Part shown: positions 1-11,552 of the stretch, in pieces
How positions within the stretch are numbered: the first letter of the stretch is position 1
Layout: each line of letters opens with the position of its first letter
From: Octopus sinensis
Taxonomy: Eukaryota
NCBI RefSeq assembly: GCF_006345805.1
Contig: NC_043007.1
Coordinates: 26,536,001 to 26,600,000 of the forward strand
Direction: 5' to 3'
DNA length: 64,000 bases
Notes under the pieces: model-generated
What the model was told of the DNA's origin: nothing
Databases searched by the model: none
What the model saw: only the letters and a program-made list of their open reading frames with translations
Translations under genes and position numbers: made by a program

Positions 1-735
1 TATGCATATATGCATACATATATGGACAGATATATATATATATATGTATGTATATATATTTATATAGACATGTAAACATACAGGTTATATGTATATGCAA
101 ATACATACATATATACATGCACACGCACGCGTGCATGTATGCTAATGCATGCATCTATATGATTCCTGTATAGTGCACGATTTTTTGCGACGTAGGACTG
201 CATGTTGTCGTTTTGCAAGCAGATGCAATGCATCTTAAAAGCTATCTGCATTTCGTCAACATTTTAGCAATGTTGCAAAAGACTGCGCTTGCTGTTGCAC
301 ATTAGCTGCACATTGAGTCATTGTCTTCTTCTATGACTCATAATGCATCGTGGCAAGCTGCCCTTAAACGATACTTCAAGATTAGGGCTACGTGCAGATT
401 TTAGCAGCTGCATCATAAACACAAACCTCCTTTGTGTTGCACATACATACACACATAGGTATATTCACACGTACATATATGCAAACATACATACATACAA
501 ACATAGAAATGAACATACGCGCTCACATATCAGCAGCTTTATGTGCAGACACCTACATATATACATACAAACCATACATAGAAACCATACATACTTACAT
601 ACATGCCTACATACTTACATATATACATACATGCATGCATACATACTTACATATATACATACATGCATGCATACATACTTACATATATACATACATACAT
701 ACATACATACATGCCTACATACTTACATATATACA

Positions 736-766
<31 letters not shown>

Positions 767-809
767 GTATGTGTGCTTTACGTGAGTGTATATCGAAATT
801 ATATATGCC

Positions 810-844
<35 letters not shown>

Positions 845-1064
845 GTATATATGTATATGTATATATGTACGTGCGTGTGCATATACAAATGCATGTATGA
901 ATAGGCATATGCGGTACTTATTGGTGCATGTGTGAATGTGGGTCTCTCTCCTCATATATATATATATATGTATATATGTACTTGTGTGTGCATATATAAA
1001 TGCATATATGAATAAGAATATAAGGTAATTATTGGTGCATCTGTGAATGTGTGTCTCTCATATG

Positions 1065-1124
<60 letters not shown>

Positions 1125-1140
1125 TACGTGTATACGTGAA
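1..1140. repeat. (TA)n/(TACA)n microsatellite-rich block
   Basis: Direct reading: runs of TATA, CATACATA; the ORFs here are HTYI/IYIY read-throughs. Confidence 0.9.
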
Positions 1141-1636
1141 TGCATGCATGCTGCACACTTCTTTGCCTTGCTTGCTGCACTCATAAAATAAGGAAGACAG
1201 AGATTGCTGCATATCTCGTTGTGCAGCACTTTGTTTGACCTCAAAACTCTCTAGGTCTATGTGATATGCTTGCAACGTACGATATCTCCCCAAACCTTTC
1301 CATACTTATTACATAATACGCGCACTCTCACCATTCGCCATTGCCGCCGCCATCGCCATCGCCAGGCGTGCGTCCGCCGCTCGCTGCTGCTGCTGCTGCT
1401 GCTGCAACATTTCAAGCCCCCTTCTGCTGCCTGCACTCCCCGCTGCACCACCACCATCCCCATCCCCCACCGATCTTGCTGCATCTCAATGAATAAAAGC
1501 TAATAATCGTGTAATAAAGAAGCAGTTAAATATATAAATATATTAGTCTAGTTCTATCGCGTTTCCATCATAGATGATGGCGTGATGCTTCCTTTCAGTT
1601 ATTCCCTCAGCAGCAGCAGCAACATCAACAACTACC

Positions 1637-1672
<36 letters not shown>

Positions 1673-1976
1673 CAACAACAACAACAACAATCAACCAGCA
1701 ACCCCAGCAACCGCCACCCTCCTCCTGAAAAATAAAAAAAATACCTCCCACTTAATCATTAAAATAACATTTAATGGAGGATATTGCCCTTTGAATATAA
1801 AAGGGGGGAAATAAAATCAAACAAATAAATAAAATGGGGAGTCAGCCAGATTTACAATTGTTGTAAAAAGTTTGTTTTTTTAGTTTATTGGTGTTCATCC
1901 ATAAATACCGGCTCCTTCCTTGGTCAGTTCCCAATCGATTGAAACATTATCTAACATTACTCATATGCCCCAGGTT

Positions 1977-2027
<51 letters not shown>

Positions 2028-2096
2028 ATATATATATATGTATGTATATATATGTATATATATATATAATATATGTATATATATATATATATATAT

Positions 2097-2136
<40 letters not shown>

Positions 2137-2138
<2 letters not shown>

Positions 2139-2367
2139 TCTTTACTACCCACAAGGGGCTAAACATAGAGGGGACAAACAAGGACAGACAAACGGATTAA
2201 ATCGATTACATCGGCCCCAGTGCGTAACTGGTACTTAATTTATCGACCCCGAAAGGATGAAAGGCAAAGTCGACCTCGGCGGAATTTGAACTCATAACGT
2301 AGCGACGGGCGAAATACTACGAAGCACTTCGCCCGGCGTGCTAACGTCTCTGCCAGCTCGCCGCCTT
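2137..2367 (-). mobile_element. SINE family 1 (tRNA-like head AAGGCGGCGAGCTGGCAG, core GCCTTTCATCCTTTCGGGGTCGAT, tail A), full length
   Basis: Matches copies at 7217, 12171, 14293, 44487 and 57440; tail ...CCCCTTGTGGGTAGTAAAGAAA; flanked by (TA)n on both sides. The core resembles, from memory and unverified, Meta/MESC-type SINE domains. Confidence 0.9.
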
Positions 2368-2413
2368 AAAATATATATAATATATGTATATATATATATA
2401 TATATATGTATAG

Positions 2414-2758
2414 TGGAGGCGCATGGCTCAGTGGTTAGAGCGTCGAGCTTACGATCGCGAGGTTGTGTGTTCGATTCCCGGACTGGACTGCGTGTTGTGT
2501 TCTCTCTCGGAACAAGACACTTTATTTCACATTGCTCCAGTTCACTCAGCTGTAGAAATGAGTTGCGACGTCACAGGTGCCAAACTGTATCGGCCCCTTT
2601 GCCTTTTGCCTTTCCTTTGGATAACACCGGTGGCGTGGAGAGGGGAGGCTGGTATGCATGAGCGACTGCTGGTCTTCCATAAACAACCTAGCCCGGACCT
2701 GTGCCTGGGAAGGTAACTTTCTAGATGCAATCCCATGGTCAGTCATGACCGAAGGGGG
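2414..2758 (+). mobile_element. tRNA-derived SINE, head/core H2 with tail T3
   Basis: A-box TGGCTCAGTGG, B-box GTTCGATTCC, core AAGACACTTTATTTCAC..GCTCCAGTTCACTCAGCTG shared with 3626-3941 and 10256-10494. Confidence 0.85.
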
Positions 2759-2972
2759 TAGTGGGTAGCGATTTTCTTCACTACTTCAAGGAGAGACGAC
2801 CCTGAGCTGGCTCCGGATGACAGTACCCGGTATGGGCTCCTATCCAGGGTTACGAAAAACAGACAACCTTCAAAGAAATCCGGAGAGGAGCCCCGTAGGC
2901 GGTTTAGCGTCCGACTCAAGGTCGAGAGAGGAATCTGAACGATTGGGCTATCCAGGACATGCTTACATCTAG

Positions 2973-3085
2973 CCCAGGCATGCGCAAAACTGGAGAGTAC
3001 ACTTCAGTGATATATGCGTCACCTGCCAGGGCGAGTGTTTGTCCAGGATAGGACTACACGGCCACAGCAGGAGATGTAGAAACCA
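2973..3085 (+). mobile_element. RTE-clade LINE ORF C-terminal remnant
   Basis: Translates to ...DICVTCQGECLSRIGLHGHSRRC, matching the C-x2-C...SRIGL-x-H C-terminal motif typical of RTE elements. Confidence 0.55.
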
Positions 3086-3169
3086 GACTGTACTATTTTA
3101 TGCGCAACTCTATAGTCCCCCGGGACAAAAGGATGCCAACAATATATATTTACATATATACATGCTGAA

Positions 3170-3301
3170 CGCTAAATCCACAAGTTTTTTAAATTCTCTC
3201 TTTTATATTCTCTCTCGGTTTATTTCTCACCTTCCCGGGCGTCAAACTTATACACCTGTTTGTTGTTTACACACCTGTCTTCATTTTTTTCTGTAAATTT
3301 C

Positions 3302-3305
<4 letters not shown>
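3170..3305 (+). mobile_element. Fragment of short (TA)n-associated Penelope-like non-autonomous repeat (HHR part missing)
   Basis: TTCCCGGGCGTCAAACTTATAC and TGTTTGTTGTTTACACA are shared with the minus-strand copies at 16600-16720 and 38955-39017. Confidence 0.4.
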
Positions 3306-3357
<52 letters not shown>

Positions 3358-3625
3358 TGTGTGTGTGTGTGTGTGTGTGTGTGTATACGTATATAACATA
3401 ACCTATTAAAAACGCTGATGCGTTTGTCTAGCTGACATATGTTATGCATGTGGTCGACTGATCTGCAGGTGAGATTCCTGAACACTCTATATTTCCGGAT
3501 ATGCCATTCCTCTGTTTTCCTAAAGCATCACATAACGCGTTCTGATGTACAATACCTGTCTGTATTCGGTGCAATGTTTGGTATATGTATATGGTCGCCC
3601 AGAATCTAGGTGTGATCAGTAACTA

Positions 3626-3941
3626 GCACTCCGTCGGTTACGACGACAAGGGTTCCAGTTAATCCGATCAACGGAAACGCCTGCTCGTGAAATTAACTTG
3701 CAAGTGGCAATCTACAGACACATGTACCCTTAATGTAGTTCTCGGGGAGATTCAGCATGACACAGAACGTGATAAAGCTGGCCATTTGCATTACAAGTAC
3801 AACTCATTTTTGCCAGCTGCGTGGACTGGAGCACGGTGAAATAAAGTGTCTTGCTCAAGGACACAACGCGTCGCCGGGAATCGAACTCACGACTTTACGA
3901 TCGTAAGCCGAATACCTTAACCGCTAAGCCACATGCCTTCA
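3626..3941 (-). mobile_element. tRNA-derived SINE, head/core H2 with tail T1
   Basis: Minus strand: TGGCTTAGCGG...GTTCGATTCC, core CCTTGAGCAAGACACTT; tail CCCGAGAACTAC..GTAACCGACGGAGTGC shared with 11554-11942. Confidence 0.85.
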
Positions 3942-4023
3942 TACTGTGCTCTTACTGATCATCACAAACACATTCTGATGTGCAATAAGTGTCTGCTTCC
4001 GGAGTATTTCTTCAGTCTTACTA

Positions 4024-4568
4024 CAGAGTGGTCGCTAGAAAAGCGGAAAATTCGTGAAATTTATTTGAGGTAAATAATAAGCGTCACAAAGCGTGATATA
4101 GTTACACTCACGAATGTTCAAAATCTCTTCCGTGCACTTCGTGACAGCGTTTCAATCGAGAAATCCAAACACGTAATTGCATTTTGAAGTGTAACTTGAA
4201 CGATGTTGTCAATCCAAGCTTTTATCAAGCACGTTTCCAATTCATCAATGACGGTTACGTGGCATAGATATTTCTGTATCTCTGCTAATAATAAGCTCTA
4301 GGCACAATAATCCATCACATTTAAGTCCTGACTCTTTGAAGGCCAATCTTCAAGTGCAATAAATTCAGGGTGAGATTGCTGGAGCAAATGTACTCTAGCC
4401 CTGGCTGTGTGAGGCTTTGCACCATTCCCAGAAACTTGTTATGACTACACGCTCATTCGATAACAAATACGACGAAATAGAAACCACCCATTACACAGTT
4501 TATGGATGATCTAATTAATACTTCTTAGTTTTGCCTTCAAATTTTCCGCTTTTCTAACGACCACCCTG
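4024..4568 (-). mobile_element. Internally deleted Tc1/mariner element, DD37D (maT)-like
   Basis: About 29-bp TIRs CAG(A/G)GTGGTCG(C/T)TAGAAAAGCGGAAAATT, TA on both sides; minus strand NGAKPHT...WPSKSQDLNVMDY with 37 residues between the 2nd (mutated) and 3rd catalytic positions. Confidence 0.85.
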
Positions 4569-5944
4569 TATATCGAATTTTCTCCCCTCAATCCAGTTGT
4601 TACCTACGACTGGAGATTTCGGAGATGGCCACAGTTCAAACGAGTAACATTAAATCGAGGATCGATTCTGACTGCTCGCTCCTGCACAATATCCGTTACA
4701 TAATTCTGTATCGTTCAATTTAAAATATTAATTGGTTATTTTTACACTATTTCACATTTAAAGGCAGTGGATTTGCAGAATCGTTAGAGAGTTGGGAAAA
4801 TACTTTATCTTTGTCTTTCATCCCTCCAAGCTTTGCCTTTCATCTCTCCGTCAACCCTAGCCCACCCCCGGGATTGATGGTATCGACTAATCTCATTCTC
4901 CCTAAAATGGCCGGCCTTTCCTCAATGAAGAAAAGAACATATTTCGCATTTACAAACGACATATTTTCTAACGTATGGAAGCTCGATTCGATACGATTAA
5001 CCGATATTCATTGATTTTTTTTTTCACTGGATCCAGTCATTCATCAGCGTCCATGCTAGATCTCTGCCTTGAAAGAGGAGGATTTATCGACTCAAAGACC
5101 CTTTTTTTTTTAGCCTGGTATCATGTTGTCGATACAGTTATTTATCGATTGCCTCTGAGGATATAACACAACACAGCAAATGACGCTGGTACATAGAAAC
5201 AGAAATATGCAAATATATATGAGTTTATGTGTGTATGAGTGTGTGATTCTGTATATTATAGAATAAATCATGGGTGAGTGATAAAGAAGTTCCCGGGTTT
5301 TATCTTATCAATGGTAAATGGTGGTTGTTGTGTTGGATATGCTACCACACACAATGCCACCAAATTTCAAACAGGGGTGTAATAATCATTTTCCACAAAG
5401 TTTTGTGTGTAAATTAATGAATAAAATTAATATCTATCATGAATCTGCCCATTAATATATGGGCCATTGCAACCAAAGATGACACTAACGGGCATTGGTT
5501 GTGATATCGAGCCTTTATTTGCTTTTACGTTCGTGAGGCAATATAATAACATATTGGCGGATGGGGTTAGCATAGACTTCCAAATTCTTATGACTTGCTT
5601 AAGGCCACAAAAACCATTCCGGAGCTCTGCTCTATTGTTGATGCAGAAACTAATGATATAACTAAGAGTATAACGCAGACGGACGGTTTCAGCTCAGCTG
5701 TTATACTAGTAGCTGTAAAAGATGCTTGAGTGTTTCTGCCTTGATGAACATGAAAAGAATGGGTTGGAAATAACTACAGCAAAGTCAGGAGGCTATCCTT
5801 TTAAATGTACTATGAATCGAAGCTGAAGGGTTTGTTTGTTTCATTGTCGGTCCAGGATCTAACGAGAAAAGCAAAGGAGTTATTTTTCTATTCTCCGGGC
5901 CATGGCTAGCAGTGACAGTCAAAGGTAGATTGAGAAAGGTATGA

Positions 5945-6075
5945 GATCAACTTTGCCTTCTATACTTCCGTGTTTGATAAAATAAGTACCAGTTATTCAC
6001 TGAAGTCGATTCAATCGATTTAGACCATTCACCGAAAATGCTGGCCTTGTGGCAAAATTTGAAATCAGTATTGTT
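5945..6075 (+). mobile_element. SINE family 1 core with tail C, degraded
   Basis: GATAAAATAAGTACCAG core; tail GCTGGCCTTGTGGCAAAATTTGAAATCAGTATT. Confidence 0.7.
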
Positions 6076-6214
6076 GATTACCAGAATGGTTTATAGAATC
6101 TGCTCGCCATTGGTACGCGGTGTGCATCCCAGAGGAAAGTCGAATTGAAATTGCTTTTATGGAACCATCTGACTATTCAAAGATACAGTTTACGTACATA
6201 CACACACACACACC

Positions 6215-6245
<31 letters not shown>

Positions 6246-6247
6246 TA

Positions 6248-6303
<56 letters not shown>

Positions 6304-6852
6304 CATACATACATATGCATGTATACATAAGGTGCGGGTTTTATGTATGCATGCATGTATGTATGTATGTACACTTCAGCTTGCACGGAGGATGGAGTAA
6401 TGGAAATAACAACCGTTCCATTATTTATTATTTTAACTGAAGCTTGACATTTGCATTGTGTTTGAGACATTTAAAAGATAAAGTTTATCCCTGGAAGACA
6501 ATGCCTTAGATATCGTATTTTATGCGAGGGAAAATGAATGGGGAGACACTCCTCTAAATGTCCCAGTTTCGTTTAAAACCATACATAAATACACAAAGGC
6601 ATAAACGCTACAATATTACACGTATTTATTGTGGCCTTTTTGTTTAACCTTAATATTAAAACAACAAAAATACACGCGAAAAATATTCCCTGCCGATACA
6701 TAACCTTAATAAAACTGTAAACATAATTACACGCTGTATCGTTATCAATATGATTACATTAATGTAAACCCGTTGCTTGTGTAACATTTGTACTCAAAGG
6801 CATAAGGTTAAATGAAAAATTGTACAAGAAATTGGTTTAATGGGGGTGGTTG

Positions 6853-7053
6853 ATATTGGTTTCAAATTTTTTACGCAAGGCCAACAATTTATGGACAGGG
6901 GATAAGTCAATTACATCGACCCCAGTACACCACTGGTATTTATGTTATCGATTCCGTAAGGATGAAAGGTAAGATCGACATCGGCGGAATTACAACTCAG
7001 AACGTAAAGGCAGACGAAATATTGCTAAGCATTTCGCTCGGGGAGGCAACGTT
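6853..7053 (-). mobile_element. SINE family 1 with tail C, head truncated
   Basis: Minus strand: GCGAAATGCTTAGC..CCTTTCATCC..GGCCTTGCGTAAAAAATTTGAAACCAATAT. Confidence 0.8.
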
Positions 7054-7056
7054 TGT

Positions 7057-7210
7057 TATTTCTTTATTGCCCACAAGGGGCTAAACATAGAAGGGACAAA
7101 CAAGGACAGACAAAGGGATTAAGTCGATTACATCGACCCCAGTGCGTAACTAGCACTTATTTTATCGATTCCGAAATGATGAAAGATAAGATCGACGTCG
7201 GCGGTATTAG
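7057..7210 (-). mobile_element. SINE family 1, 5'-truncated, tail A
   Basis: Core plus CCCCTTGTGGGCAATAAAGAAATA. Confidence 0.85.
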
Positions 7211-7216
7211 AATATA

Positions 7217-7449
7217 TATTTCTTTACTACCCACAAGGGGCTAAACACAGAGGGGACAAACAAGGACACACAAACGGATTAAGTCGATTACATCGAACCC
7301 AGTGCGTAACTGGTACTTAATTTATCGACCCCGAAAGGATGAAAGGCAAAGTCGACCTCGACGGAATTTGAACTCAGAACGTAACGGCAGACGAAATACG
7401 GCTACGCATTTCGCCCGGCGTGCTAACGTTTCTGCCAGCTCGCCGCCTT
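7217..7449 (-). mobile_element. SINE family 1, full length, tail A
   Basis: Near-identical to 2137-2367 and 44487-44719. Confidence 0.9.
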
Positions 7450-7459
7450 GGGAATGGTT

Positions 7460-7629
7460 AATACTCTTTTCAACTCTAGGCACAAGACCCGAAATTTTGG
7501 GGAGCGGGCCAGTCGATTAGATTGAGCCCAGTACGCAACTGGTACTTAATTTTTCGACGCCGAAAGGATGAAAGGCACAGTCAACCGCGGTGGAATTTGA
7601 ACTCAGAACGTAAAAACAGACGAAATACC
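7460..7629 (-). mobile_element. SINE family 1 body starting at GGTATTT, with tail B
   Basis: Minus strand: GGTATTTCGTCTG..CCTTTCATCC..CTGGCCCGCTCCCCAAAATTTCGGGTCTTGTGCCTAGAG. Confidence 0.85.
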
Positions 7630-8810
7630 AATTTATTTATTGCCCACAAGGGGCCAAACACAGAAATGGACAAAACAACTGATTCGGATCAGTAATACGT
7701 TATAATTTTACATAAAATATGAATATAAAAATTATATAAGATATAAAAATGATCGAATGAAATTAACAATACAGAGACAACACAAATGTAGCGATGATCA
7801 GGCCACGCTCCGACCCCACAAGTCCCGATCTATCGCTGGTACCCTTTTTTGTTCTTCTTTTATAGCCTATTCACACATTTCCTTGCACGCACAACACTTG
7901 TACAACATGCTTCCATCTCTTTTTGAATATACTCTCCGAAAGACACCTCTTCTCCAGCCACACCTTCCTTTTCAAATGAAAAGTAAAAAAGATCGTAAAC
8001 CGTGGCCGGAGATACAGTTGCCTGTCCTAATCCCTTTTATCCTAGTCTTCCATACTGCTTCCTTCGCTATTGCTACAACCGTGAGAAAACAATTCTTACC
8101 TTCGTTAGTTAAAACTTCCGGTGGGTCAACTTTTATAATTGACTCCGTCAACAGCCGTACACTTCCTTCGCCAGACAACAGGTATCCAGCATAAGCCCAC
8201 ATTTCAGATATCTCCAGACACTGGAAAATAGAAAATAGCATGAGGGACTGTTTCCCTGTCTCCCCCACATCTTGGCCAGGTCGGAGACTGACGCTTACCA
8301 TGTCTTGTGAGCTTATCCCAAACGGGCAAGGCACCTCTGTAACATTGCCAGGTCAAGGACTTTTGAAAGTTGTCCAACGTTCTCAACCCGAATGTACGAT
8401 GGAACAGGGAGTCCAGTTGAATATACCCAAGACCTAGTGTCGCCCCCAGGCCATCTTCACATTCAAACTCTACCAACCCACTATGTAAACTTCGTGTAGA
8501 TCCCCCACCGCTGGCTTCACCAGAGCGCCGGAATAGCAGGAGAGCCTACGGCACTCTTTATGCCATTCACTCGACCTCTGTCTACGAAAACACCAGGCTT
8601 CCTGTTCACAAAATCTTTTGAACTCACGGACATTTGTCTGGCCAGCAGAGACCACACCATTCACCATCCAGGAGAATCCACAATTGCCTCAACCTCAACG
8701 CATGCCTGTGCATCATTAACCAAGGCATCCCTAAATCTCCCTTTAACGGCTTTTGACAGCAGACAGAACGTTTCACAAGTGGCGACCTGCCCTTCCATAA
8801 AAATTTGCTG
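7630..8810 (-). mobile_element. 5'-truncated Tx1/L1-clade LINE (decayed ORF2 C-terminus plus 3' UTR)
   Basis: Frameshifted translation: FLWKGRSPLVKRSVCCQKPLKGDLGMP (post-RT FLW..GGLG motif), WQCYRGALPVWDKLTRHG..PRCGGDRETVPHAIF (zf-RVT-like), ..FHLKRKVWLEKRCLSESIFKKRW; stop at 7873-7871; the 3' end matches SINE tail A. Confidence 0.85.
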
Positions 8811-8967
8811 AATGTTGAATACAACATTCATTAACTTGCCTTGAGCCGTCAACGTCTGCTGAGGTCATAGAAGCATCATTGTGACTTACAGAATGCTTTG
8901 AGCATTTTAAAACCTGCAGATCTCATCTTTCCATATGCCCAGTCGTGGCCAAGTTTTCCAGCAAATA
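8811..8967 (+). repeat. 157-bp direct duplication, copy 1 (copy 2 at 9561-9717)
   Basis: AATGTTGAATACAACATTC...TTTTCCAGCAAATA present twice, 750 bp apart, with few substitutions. Confidence 0.95.
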
Positions 8968-9125
8968 CGTTCCAGGTTCAAATTCCGCTGAGGTCGACTT
9001 TCCCTTGCGTCCTTCCGGGGGTCGAAAAAATACGTACCATTTGCATATGGAGGTCGATCTAATCGACTGGCCCCTTTCCCCTAAATTTCCGGCCTTGTAC
9101 CTAGAGTTGAAAATAATAACAATTA
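8966..9125 (+). mobile_element. SINE family 1 body with tail B, degraded
   Basis: TTCAAATTCCGCTGAGGTCGACTTT..CTGGCCCCTTTCCCCTAAATTTCCGGCCTTGTACCTAGAG. Confidence 0.75.
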
Positions 9126-9149
9126 TTTCTACCATGGGAACAAACAAAA

Positions 9150-9330
9150 ATTCTGGATGGTGGGATGGTTACAAGTCGGTTCCATCGACCCCCGAGATTG
9201 ACTACTTCTTAGTTTACAGACGCCAACAGGATGAAATGTCAAAGTCGTCCTTGCCGGAATTTGAGCTTAAAGCCAGAAGAAGTGCTGCTAATCATTTTTG
9301 TCTGCCTTGCTAATCATTCTGCCAGCATTT
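9150..9330 (-). mobile_element. SINE family 1, old degraded copy
   Basis: Plus strand reads GGATGAAATGTCAAAGTCGTCCTTGCCGGAATTTGA..GCTAATCATTCTGCCAGC, similar to the family consensus. Confidence 0.6.
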
Positions 9331-9560
9331 TGATAAAAAATAATAAGAAACCTAAAATATTACTTTGTGAAACTGATGCACTAACTAGCAAAGTAGATTG
9401 GATGTGTTTCTTTATTTCTTTGCATCATTTGCGTCATACAGATATTAATTACCACTCAACAAATACGAAGCCTTCCATTTACCATTTCCATTAAATTTAA
9501 TTATTATGATTTATTTAATTTGAAATGCATTGCGTAAACCTTAAACACCACTAGTTATTA

Positions 9561-9717
9561 AATGTTGAATACAACATTCCTTAACTTGCCTTGAGCCGTC
9601 AACGTCTGCTGAGGTCATAGAAGCATCATTGTGACTTACAGAATGCTTCGGGCATTTTAAAACCTGCAGATCTCATCTTTCCATATGCCCAGTCGCGGCC
9701 AATTTTTCCAGCAAATA
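9561..9717 (+). repeat. 157-bp direct duplication, copy 2
   Basis: See 8811-8967. Confidence 0.95.
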
Positions 9718-10255
9718 TATGGAAGGAGAAGCGACGATATTACAGAACTTCGAAACGATGTTGGGAAATTTTGGCCCCAGCAAAATTTGTAGTTAGAGCA
9801 AATAGATCTTGATTGAATACCTCATGGTGTTGTATTGTACGTTCTCACGGCTCTGTGAATATGCTACCTTGAAGGCAAAATAGTTCAGGTAATAAAGCAT
9901 TTGTCCCGAAGTTCATTGAAACTTGGTCACTGTTTCATATGCTGCACTTGCTTCTAGGTTATGTCGTCGCTGAACACTTTTCTATTCTAATTATCTGGCA
10001 GGTATTTTATCTATGCTGTTATTACTTGTCACATGAGCATAAATAAACCATTCAATTATGTGGTTAAATTCCAATCAATTGCCACATTAAACAGGTCTCG
10101 TGGAGATAACATGCAAAATCAAGTTTGACAGGGCTTCAAACCAAAAATTAAAGGAACACAGGTTCAAAAATGTACAGTTACATTCTTTTAAAGAGATGAA
10201 TTATTTAGAGGTAAATTAGAGGGCTTTGTATAATAAACTGAAGCTTACCATAGAA

Positions 10256-10494
10256 TTATTTGTTCCTTCTCAAGCCATGCCTAGCTCCCGGTTTCTTTGG
10301 TGTATAGGTTCCCCACCTGGACGGGACGCCGTTCCGTCGGAGCATAACACTCACTTTTGCCAGCTGAGTGGACTGCAACAATGTGAAACGAAGTGTTTTG
10401 CTCAAGAACACAACGCATCACCCGGTCCAAGAATCGACACCACAACCTTGCGATCATGAATTCAACTCCCTAACCACTAAGCCATGCGCCTCCA
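10256..10494 (-). mobile_element. tRNA-derived SINE, head/core H2 with tail T2
   Basis: Head TGGAGGCGCATGGCTTAGTGG; tail CGTCCCGTCCAGGTGGGGAACCTATAC..GCATGGCTTGAGAAGGAACAAA shared with 57122-57414. Confidence 0.85.
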
Positions 10495-11552
10495 CCTCCC
10501 TGTATGGATTTCTTAATTTTTCATTTAGGTGTTCGACAAGTTTAAATATATCTTTAATTTATTTAGACCTAGAAATCTATGTACCCCTTTGAAATCCTTT
10601 CACAGTCTTCTCCAGAGATGTAGGTCGCCTCTTTATGATTACCAACACTGTATTCACTAACTAAATGCTACTAAGCTCCAGTGAGGTTATGTTAATTCAA
10701 AGGCATAGACCGATTTGAAAGCGAATACATGCCTCTTGAATATAATTCAAAGTTACCAGATTTAATTAGCCAAGAAGACACAACACATCATAGCACAGTC
10801 TAGAAATAGCAGGGAATACTTAATTAGCACTAGAATATAATGAATACCATGCTATGATATACACAAAGCAAAACAATAAACCGATTCTTTTCACTTACAC
10901 TCGTAATACAGTTATCTTCAATGTATATGCACGAACAGATATCTTTTTTATTCACACTGAATCGCTAATCGTTTAACAGCTAAACTGCAAATTCTTTAAA
11001 CAGCAGGGGTTTTTATTTTTTCTGTAACAATAGCATCATGGATGAACTAGTTTAGCTGTCTGAAAAATATATATAACAGTTGTCGTATTCATTTTGTATG
11101 TATTTATTTCGTTCGTGTGATATCGAAATATTTGTTTCAATGCCTAGACAAACAGCATCAGGTGGACATGGAGTAGAGATGTCAGCAGCTAACGTCGATG
11201 TCAGTTAACTCGTAGATAGTTATAATCCTATAATCGCAGATCAGACTACAGTGATCTTATTCAATCCATTGGCATTAATTTTTAGACTGCAAGCATTAAT
11301 TTAAATGCAACGCGAAGTATGGTGTTGAGAAGAACGTCTGGTTTGTACGAGGCAATAAATGAGAATCCATTCATCGATCAATCACCTTCTGAAAGAGAAA
11401 TCAGGACACGAGATTAAATCTGCCACAAAAACTATATGCAAGAGATAGCTGAACAACAAATCCCCAAAATAACAAGCTGGCAATAAGAAAAAACAACTGC
11501 TTCAACAAGCTGAGGTTACAATTGATCTGTTGTGATTGTAACTAGGCATGAA

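Noticed and set aside
2414-2490. tRNA gene calls at SINE heads (also 3870-3941, 10420-10494, 11554-11625, 57122-57190)
   Set aside because: A/B boxes are present but there is no complete cloverleaf or acceptor stem, and each continues into a SINE body
5020-5052. Minus-strand CTGATGA..ACTGGATCCAGT-GAAA hammerhead-like match
   Set aside because: No stem I or stem III pairing around any NUH; probably coincidental
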